Assembly: GCF_006345805.1 (NCBI RefSeq)
Contig: NW_021824198.1
Location: 1 to 19,581 of the forward strand
Direction: 5' to 3'
DNA from: Octopus sinensis
Taxonomy: Eukaryota
DNA: 19,581 bases
Positions within the stretch are counted from its first letter, which is position 1. Each line of letters opens with the position of its first letter. Made by a program: the position numbers and the translations under genes. Shown in pieces: positions 12,106-19,581 of the stretch. The notes under the pieces were generated by a model, which saw only the letters and a list, made by a program, of their open reading frames with translations, did no database searches and was not told where the DNA came from.

Positions 12106-12380
12106 TATAGATTAATAATTTAAAAATTTTTGTAATTTTTAATTTTTAACTATAATGTAAATAATTAAAATTTTGAATTTTATATTATATATATTTTGTA
12201 TATTATATTAATTAATTTTATTTCTATGTTTTGGTTTATGTTTTTCACTCTTTGATTTGCCTATATATATAAGCATATTCATTCGCGCTCTATACACGCT
12301 CACACGCTCTGTACACACTGGAATACAAGGCATTACATAAATATTATTTATATTATCATCCTTATAATTTTATATATGTA

Positions 12381-12943
12381 TATATCTAGCATGTTGACTG
12401 TCCACTTTTTCGTGTTCAGTCCTTAATTGGTATATATAAATATTTTAATCTTCGGATTCTTTCTTTAATATGCTAGACCACTGGTTCTAATTGATAAATA
12501 TCAATTTTTACCCTAAATTTAATTTTATATAAATATTTGTTCTCTAACCGATAAATTAACTGCTGCTAACTATTAGCTGCAGGCTAGTTTTCTCGGGTCT
12601 CATCGCGCCAAAATTAGAGACATTTGAAATATATATTTCAAATGTAATAGCCGTACTCCATGCACGCGATATTTCGGTATCGTGTTGGCATTTAGTAAGC
12701 AAATTACATTTTATATGGGACCATGCTGATGATGGCTGCACTTTTCCTTGCGGAAAATAACAGCCGAAACTAAATTTAGTACATGGGTAAATATTTATTT
12801 CGTATATTTTTCACTTGTTTATTGTTTTGGTTTTGTGTGTGAGTTTGATCTGAGAACATAGACTTTTTGTGGAGAATGGCGATTTGACGTCTATATCTAG
12901 CATGTTGACTGTCCACTTTTTCGTGTTCAGTCCTTAATTGGTA

Positions 12944-12949
<6 letters not shown>
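12381..12949 (+). mobile_element. Retrozyme-like non-autonomous retroelement 1 (511-bp unit plus 58-bp terminal direct repeat, central hammerhead)
   Basis: 12381-12438 and 12892-12949 are identical (58/58). Both ends run into (TA)n. No coding ORF. Hammerhead at 12709-12791. Confidence 0.75.
12709..12791 (+). ncRNA. Type I hammerhead ribozyme, GUA cleavage triplet
   Basis: Stem I ccatg(12721-25)/catgg(12782-86), with a further tttat/gtaaa extension beyond a bulge. CUGAUGA 12726-32, extra U 12733. Stem II ggctg/cagcc plus ttttcc-ttgc-ggaaaa. GAAA 12766-69. Stem III actaaatttagt. GUA 12779-81; predicted cut 12781/12782. Confidence 0.9.
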
Positions 12950-12992
<43 letters not shown>

Positions 12993-13384
12993 AGGATGAT
13001 AATATAAATAATATTCCAGTGTGTACAGAGCGTGTGAGCGTGTATAAAGCGCGAATGAATATGCTTATGTGTATATTCCGGCGATCGGATATTATATGCA
13101 GAGATATTGTAATGTGACTAAGTGGTGTCAAATGTCTCGACGAAGGCCATTATCGCTGTTAATTAAGTGAAGTTGTTCCGAATATCAACAAGTGAGTAGG
13201 GACATGGACTTCGGTTTCCTGATTGCGTTTTGAGATTGATCACGCGTAAATAACATTAGTATCTCTCTCTCTCTCTTCCTCTCTCTCACAGTCCCACACA
13301 CACACACGTGCACAAATACACACACGCATAAATACATAGATACACACACCTACATATACTGGGAAAACAAACACTGTGATAAAT

Positions 13385-13420
13385 TTATATAAGTACAAAT
13401 ATACATAAATGTAAATATAT

Positions 13421-13477
<57 letters not shown>

Positions 13478-13800
13478 TGCATGTTTATATATATACTTAT
13501 AAATATTAATAAATACATACATAGATATATATGCATGTATGTATGCATATATATATATATTATATATATATATATATATATGCATATATATATAAGCTTA
13601 CATATGCTTATGTGTATGACTACATAAATATATTTTATATAGTATTGTATGAATATATATATATGTATATTATCTTCTATATTGTGTAAGTATATATATA
13701 TACATAAAAATTTATATATATATGTATATACAAATACATACATGAGTGTATGTGTAGGTGTAGGTGTGGATGTGTGTGTGTGTGTGGATGTGTGTGTGCA
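13385..13800. repeat. (TA)n/(TG)n low-complexity tract
   Basis: Direct reading. Confidence 0.9.
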
Positions 13801-13974
13801 TGATGTTCTAAAAAAGAAAAACCTACCAGCCCTAGTATATTCGTGACGGAGACTAACATGTCACACACGACTGCTCACCAGTAATTATTATGTTGGGTCA
13901 CTAATCAGAACGGAAGGTTCCGCCAGATCAATCATTAATCATTATCGGTTACAACACCAACAACAGCTACGAAT

Positions 13975-14240
<266 letters not shown>

Positions 14241-14242
14241 TA

Positions 14243-14420
14243 GGCGGCGCGCTCGCTGGTAGAATCGTTAGCACGCCGGAAGAAATGCCTACCATTCTGA
14301 GTTCAAATTCCACCAAGGTTGACTTTGCCTTTTATTCTTTCGGAGTCGATAAAATAAGTACCAGCTGAATACTGGGATCGACGTAATCGACCTACCCCTG
14401 CCTTGAAATGTTTGGCCTTG
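14243..14420 (+). mobile_element. SINE family B copy (internal deletion between the A and B boxes)
   Basis: ggcggcgcgctcgctggtagaatcgttagcacgccgg...gagttcaaattccaccaaggttgactttgcc...gtcgataaaataagtaccag...atcgacgtaatcgacc. Confidence 0.85.
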
Positions 14421-14776
14421 TTCATACCAGTTAACAGGAGTGCTGATTTTGTAGTTTTTTAATATTTTCCAAAGCAAATACTTTCTTATCCATATCGTGG
14501 CGATTTTTGTATTCGTTTGGTGTCAGCACAGGACATCCCAAGATGCGATGGACTATTATTTCATCAAATTTATCGCAGTATCTACATTTAGGGTCAGAAC
14601 TGTTTATAAGAAGGTTAGCCTGGTAGTTTTTGGTAAGCAAGCTTTGAAATATGCCGCCACTATGAAACCTTCAGTCTCTGCTTTCAGCCCTGAGCTTCTC
14701 ATCCACGGATGGGTTGTTGCTTGGTCTACATCAGCATTTCGGCTTTGAAGTAAATACTGTCCATACAGAGGCTTCT

Positions 14777-14780
<4 letters not shown>
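14420..14780 (-). mobile_element. Internal fragment of an R4/Dong-clade (RLE-type) LINE ORF, with zinc knuckle
   Basis: Across frameshifts: KPLYGQY...ADVDQATTHPWMRSSGLKAETEGFIVAA / LTKNYQANL..SDPKCRYCDKFDEIIVHRILGCPVLTPNEYKNRHD / WKILKNYKISTPVNWYE. The CCHC-type knuckle and the flanking blocks are typical of R4-clade ORFs. Confidence 0.85.
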
Positions 14781-14821
<41 letters not shown>

Positions 14822-14880
14822 GTAGTAGTAGTAGTAGTAGTATAGTAGTAGTAGTAGTATAGTAGTAGTAGTAGTATAGT
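14778..14880. repeat. (ATT)n(AGT)n compound trinucleotide repeat
   Basis: Direct reading. Confidence 0.95.
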
Positions 14881-15069
14881 ACCTCCGCCTTAGCGTAGTC
14901 GGAGGTATTGCTTTTCAGTCGTGTTTGTTTATTTCTCCGTGGACAAGATATCTCAAGAACCGCTGGATGGATTCGAGCTAAACTTTCAGGGATGTTTGGC
15001 CTTGTGACTGGCACGAATTGATTACATTTTGGGATCGATCTGATGCCGGACAAGGATTCTGGATTATTT
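14881..15069 (+). mobile_element. 5' part of a Helentron-associated non-autonomous element (HINE/DINE-1-like)
   Basis: Begins with the palindromic subterminal motif acctccg-ccttagcgtagt-cggaggt, then gtgtttgttt...ggatggatt...ttttgggatcgatc, a layout recalled from HINE-type elements. Confidence 0.6.
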
Positions 15070-15334
15070 GTTATATTAATTTACACGAAGTATTACGGTC
15101 TTACGTTGACTTTCAAGTCTTTCTCTGATCATCTCCCTTGAAAGCACGCTCATGGTTTCCACGAAACTTATGGCGGCATTGCTGTTTCCAAAGTTTTATT
15201 TTCGTTTCTCTATTATTAATTTTACTCGCGTCTCTCTCTCAGTAGAAACTGATAGATAAATAAATCAAATTACATAAACAAACGGCAGAAAAACCGTTCA
15301 GAAATTAAATAACACTAATATATTCAGTAACAAT

Positions 15335-15818
15335 GTGAGGTATACTTGCCATCTCAATATGGCTAACCACTAAGGGTGGGTGTTACTGTAGCTTGTAGTC
15401 CCAGGAGAATATCGTCTCCAGCTGGCTTTAGGCACACTTTCTGTGCCCTTATGGCATTTGCAAAGGGAGGTCATCCTTCCCTCGTCAACCTAAGTGATAC
15501 GCACGGACTGCAGTTTCTAGGTTTTGACCTGTCATCAGCGTACGACAATCACCGGTTTTCGATGAAAGGGGTCCCAATGCAAATACTTATATCGTTTTTC
15601 CAGTAACTTTTCGTCACTGATCTCAAAAAACTGTATGCAAGCAATAATAAATCTCTAAACGAGGTATAAACAGTAACTGCACGACAACGTAAGGTATACT
15701 AGCCATCTCAATATGGCTAACCACTAAGGGTGGGTGTTACTGTAGCTTGTAGCCCCAGGAGAACATCGTCTCCAGCAGTTACAGTTTATACCTCGTTCAG
15801 AGATTTATTATTGCTTGC
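15335..15818 (-). mobile_element. Retrozyme-like non-autonomous retroelement 2 (354-bp unit, 92-bp terminal direct repeat, 5' inversion, 13-bp TSD, central hammerhead)
   Basis: Direct repeats 15331-15422 and 15685-15776 (5 mismatches). TSD ATTCAGTAACAAT at 15322-15334 and 15819-15831. 15775-15820 is an inverted copy of 15635-15680 (44/46). Hammerhead at 15494-15552. Confidence 0.8.
15494..15552 (-). ncRNA. Minimal type I hammerhead ribozyme, GUC cleavage triplet
   Basis: Minus strand: gtgat tgt cgtacg CTGATGA c aggt caaa acct a GAAA c tgca g TC cgtgcg t atcac. Stem I cgtacg/cgtgcg plus gtgat/atcac. Stem II aggt/acct closed by a C.A apposition. Stem III AC-ugca-GU. Predicted cut between 15506 and 15505. 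Confidence 0.85.
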
Positions 15819-15960
15819 ATTCAGTAACAATAATAGATTTAATTTATCCTCGACAATTTTTGGTTTTACCAATTTTGAATATATTGCTCCTGTTTAAAAT
15901 CTCTTACCTACTTGACAACTGCATTTCTAGCTCTGCCTTGAAGGAAGCTTTACTTCTTGG

Positions 15961-16116
15961 ACTCACGTTTTTGTGCATAACGATGTTGTTAAGCTTCCGT
16001 TAACAACACCAAATGCAGGTCCTGTCCGTTTTCTATTACGCACGGATAAATTTTATGCTATAGACCATAATGGTTGTAAAGACAACATACCAGTAGATAG
16101 ACTAAAAAAGGCCTTC
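15961..16116 (+). pseudogene. Ty3/Gypsy integrase C-terminal (GPY/F-region) fragment
   Basis: THVFVHNDVVKLPLTTPNAGPVRFLLRTDKFYAIDHNGCKDNIPVDRLKKAF fits the Gypsy pattern THVFVRxD...PLxxPYxGPxxV.....V.iDRLKPA. Confidence 0.8.
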
Positions 16117-16211
16117 ATAGGGAAATTTGTCCCTGTTTCCATTGCAGACGATATACACACAGCATTACAAACACAGCCCGCACACCTACCTTCACATTCC
16201 CTGACTACTAC

Positions 16212-16426
16212 TGGGATCGATCAGGTACCAGACAAGGATTCTGGATTATTTTTCCGGGTCTTATTTTTACTTAATTTTTTAGACTGATCGGTTTCATTTT
16301 TAATATTCTCGTTTGTGAGAGCAGTCGAATTTCTTTCAGATATTCTCATTTTAAATATCATCTCCGACTAATCGTTGAGAGGACGTTGGTGTTGTCTTGG
16401 CGGAGGTTTGCTCTCTGAGTGCTAGT
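16212..16426 (+). mobile_element. 3' part of a Helentron-associated (HINE-like) element
   Basis: Starts with a 36/40 repeat of 15030-15069. Ends ggcggaggt (16399-16407, inverted copy of acctccgcc at 14881), a short hairpin gctc-tct-gagtgc, then tagt. Confidence 0.6.
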
Positions 16427-16751
16427 AAATGTCGCAAGAATGGCCAGTATGAACGGACCAATTCTGAGGATATACCTGTGAAAATTAAAAGGAAATATAA
16501 AAGGAGAAAGGGGCTCTCTACCCCACTTTTGACCTGGCTCCCGTGGCTTTTATGGGATTTTTTCCATGAGTAACCTTTCGAAGCGCCTCCCCCTATTGGG
16601 AGTTTTAATTGTTACTTACATTTCGTTGTTATCCTGCTTTTGTACACGGACATTTTCAAACGGACAAAACCCTCTGTTACTTTCGTTCTGTGTTTTGTCC
16701 CTTTATGTTTTAATTGATTTTTGTTAGCCCTTGTGGCCAATAAACGAACGA

Positions 16752-16799
<48 letters not shown>

Positions 16800-16800
16800 A
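16425..16800 (+). mobile_element. Probable 3' end of a further LINE (clade unassigned, possibly L1/Tx1-like) with (ATT)n tail
   Basis: Short frame VNVARMASMNGPILRIYL*, then ~270 nt of UTR-like sequence, AATAAA at ~16739 and (ATT)n at 16752-16800. The clade call is a weak recollection. Confidence 0.4.
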
Positions 16801-17449
16801 TTATCATATTTTAAAACGATAAACTTAACTCTTCACAAAGGTAAATACACAAGGCGAAGAGCGCGATGTGATTACAATAGGTAGTTTATTGGTTGAACGA
16901 TATTTCGACAGTTTACCTGTCTTTGTCAAGTTTAAAATGAAAAGTGATACATCGAAGTTGAAAATTATAAAAATCCAAATTTAAAATTTGAAAGAGGACA
17001 ACCAGCGTTCCCACGTTGATGGAATGACATTATCGGTCTTCAATTTTCAAGCTTACAACTGGCAAAAATAAAAAAAAGGAAAAAAGTGAAAAAAAGCAAA
17101 GAAAAAAGAAGAATATTTAATCAAACAGTTTTGTGTAAATTTGATGAAATTCTCGTGTCATTTTATTCATCCTTTCAAGCATATTTCCCCTCAAGCATTT
17201 TGAGTACTGAAAGTGTAGCAGATTCAGAATATTTTCTGAGAATATGCACTTTCAAAAGTCTTTTTCAAAATTACAACTGATTGAGGCAAATTGCTCAGCA
17301 AGTTCTGAAGAACTGCTGTTAATTTACCTGACATCATACCTATGCCAATTGCATCTTTTGTTTAATTGTTCTCTTGCTCAGCCAACATAAAACAAGTTGT
17401 GTTTCGTGCATTCTGCTGCGTACACCAAATGGGAATCTCTACACGCCTC

Positions 17450-17939
17450 ATAATGATATGCATAAGATCTGGCCATCAAATCTAAGTAGAGACTTCAAAC
17501 TTGAAATCTTCAAAGCCACAGTCGAACCAATTCTACTATATGGCTCAGAAACCTGGACGTTATCAAAGAAGCTTGAGAGGCGGTTGGATGGAACTTACAC
17601 TCGCCTCCTTATGAGAGTTCAAAATCTCTCGTGGAAGCGTCATCCAACCAAAATGCAAATATATGGGAAACTACCACCTGTGTCATCTCTTGTGAAAGGT
17701 AGGAGAGTCCAGTTTACTGGACATTGTTGTAGAGCTGAAAACGAGGCAATTTCTACCCTTCTCCTCTGGAAGACATCTACTCGCGGTACCAGAGGGCGCA
17801 CACTCTCCTACCCTGATGTAATCTCCAGGGATACAGGCATCCAGCAACAGAACCTCCGTAATGCTACGATGGACTGTGAAGTCTGGCGTAGCAAGGTAAA
17901 TTCCATTGTCTCGACCACGGTCGAACAGTGATGATCATG
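17450..17939 (+). mobile_element. 5'-truncated RTE-clade LINE (ORF C-terminus)
   Basis: KIWPSNLSRDFKLEIFKATVEPILLYGSETWTLSKKLERRLDGTYTRLLMRVQNLSW...RRVQFTGHC is typical of the RTE post-RT region. Ends tgatgat. Candidate TSD acacgcc(t/c)c at 17441-17449 and 17940-17948. Confidence 0.88.
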
Positions 17940-18210
17940 ACACGCCCCAACTTCTGTGTAAATCATAACGTTTCTGTTGTAATCGCTGTTGGAATTCTCT
18001 TCACACTTGTTGTTGCACAATGAACAGGACTTACCTTCCTTGTGACTGTTTTTCAAGGTTCATGCAGAAACTCCAATTTTAGCTTTCTTGGAACCAGAAG
18101 GAAAGGATAATAGTTCTCTTGGATCGTTATACCGTCTAAAGGCTGCAATAGGCGGCTGAGGAAATATTTGTCGGAAACGTGGATATTTTTTCCGCAAAAT
18201 GCTGGTTATC

Positions 18211-18763
18211 ATTTATTTCGGGAGAGGGGTTAAGTCGATTCCATTGACCTCATTAGTCAGCTGGCACTTATTTTATCGATATCGAACGGATGAAGCGTAA
18301 AGTCGGCCTCGGTGGAATTTGAACAAAGATCGTGAAGACAGACGAAACACCTATTTCTTTACTACCAACAAGGAGCTAAACACAGAGAGGACAAACAAGG
18401 ACAGAGAAAGGGATTAAGCCGATTACATCGACCCCAGTGCTTAACTGGTACTTATTTAATCGACCTCGAAAGGATGAAAGGCAAAGTTGACCTCGGCGGA
18501 ATTTGAACTCAGAACGTAGCGGCAGTCGAAATACCTATTTCTATTTCTTTATTACCCACAAGGGGATAAACACAGAGGGGACAAACAAGGACAGACATAG
18601 GTATTAAGTCGATTACATCGACTCAACTGGTACTTAATTTATCGACCCCGAAAGGATGAAAGGCAAAGTCGACCTCGGCGGAATTTGAACTCACAACGTA
18701 ACGCAGTCGAAATACCGCTAAGCATTTCGCCCGGCGTGCTAACGATTCTGCCAGCTCACTGCC
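18211..18763 (-). mobile_element. SINE family B, head plus three tandem internal units
   Basis: On the minus strand, units start at ggt(a/g)tttcg at 18716, 18535 and 18351 (periods 181 and 184 bp). Only the first has the A-box head tggcagaatcgttagc. Confidence 0.92.
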
Positions 18764-18767
18764 TCGA

Positions 18768-18768
18768 T

Positions 18769-18862
<94 letters not shown>

Positions 18863-18911
18863 TAGTAGTAGTAGTAGCAGCAGCAGCAGCAATAATAATA
18901 ATAATAATAAA
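18768..18911. repeat. (AAT)n(AGT)n(AGC)n(AAT)n compound trinucleotide repeat
   Basis: Direct reading. Confidence 0.95.
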
Positions 18912-19124
18912 TTTAAATATACGTACAAGCCAAATTTCTTTAATAATCTATTGTAATGAAACCAATAGATGATTGTTATTAGAATTTATCGATCCGTAGA
19001 GGTCGATACATAAATTAATTCAACCCTAGCGGGATTCGCATTACTGAGATGAAGATAAGAATTTAGATCCTGCAAGGTAATTGAGCAATAAAACCATAGG
19101 GTAGCTGAGAGGTGAGTCTACTTA

Positions 19125-19336
19125 GAAGACTCCGCCGGTTACGACGACGAGGGTCCCAGCTGATACGATCAACGGAACAGCTTGCTCGTGAAATTAACGT
19201 GCAAATGGCTGAGCATTCCACAGACACGTGTACCCTTAACGTAGTTCTCGGGGATAATCAGCGTGACACAGAGAGTGACAAGGCTGACCCTTTGAAATAC
19301 AAGTACAACTCATTTTTGCCAGCTGAGTGGACTGCC
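19125..19336 (-). mobile_element. Short retroposed insertion (probably the 3' part of a third SINE family) with 15-bp TSD
   Basis: AGGTGAGTCTACTTA is exactly duplicated at 19110-19124 and 19337-19351 around a GC-richer 212-bp segment. Orientation and family are inferred from recollection of similar repeats. Confidence 0.7.
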
Positions 19337-19478
19337 AGGTGAGTCTACTTACACAGGGATACGCATCTGTGTAAATACACATGCGCTTATGGTCTCATAA
19401 GGACACTTATATATACACTCATACATACGTATGTATGCCTGTATAATGTATATATTTTCAGCTATATATCTACTTTTG

Positions 19479-19513
<35 letters not shown>

Positions 19514-19581
19514 GTATGCATAGAACCTGGTTTATAATTAAAGAGCTCTGAATACCTACTTCTCATTCATATATAATATGA

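Larger units (their letters stand above)
12269..13068. repeat. Near-perfect long inverted repeat (arms 12269-12377 and 12978-13068) enclosing the hammerhead element
   Basis: The right-arm reverse complement equals the left arm except for one substitution and an 18-nt insert in the left arm (12326-12343, caaggcattacataaata). Confidence 0.9.

Noticed and set aside
12440-12720. Penelope GIY-YIG/RT coding remnant inside hammerhead element 1
   Set aside because: Frames checked by eye give no convincing motif; only a vague C-x-H pattern.
18029-18140. Possible minus-strand host exon ending at AAG|GTAAGT (plus strand 18029-18036)
   Set aside because: All three frames upstream of the donor contain stops, and no linked exon is visible.
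18150-18195. CTGAGGA...GAAAC spacing resembling a third hammerhead
   Set aside because: No stem II pairing (aatatttgtcg), no valid NUH triplet closing stem III, and no adjacent stem I. Other CTGANGA hits (~2630, 6524, 6682, 9384, 16465, 17307) also lack stems.

Overview
Eukaryotic, repeat-dominated non-coding DNA with no recognisable host-gene exon. The dense (TA)n/(CA)n/(ATT)n microsatellites and the tRNA-headed SINE families look like an octopod cephalopod genome (inference; not checked against a database). Contents: a 5'-truncated, degenerate CR1/L2-group LINE (about 6412-10335: ORF1 with a frameshifted CCCH finger, APE endonuclease, RT); copies of three SINE families; fragments of RTE, R4/Dong, Gypsy, mariner and Helentron-like elements; minisatellites and inverted repeats. 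The main finding is two unrelated small non-coding elements, each with one central type I hammerhead ribozyme and terminal direct repeats that exclude the ribozyme: 12381-12949 (+, 511-bp period) and 15335-15818 (-, 354-bp period, 13-bp TSD, 5' inversion). This layout is expected of retrozyme-like elements copied from circular or multimeric RNA. A SINE and the LINE also share a 3' tail whose hairpin carries compensatory changes. Most ORFs in the supplied track are microsatellite artefacts.
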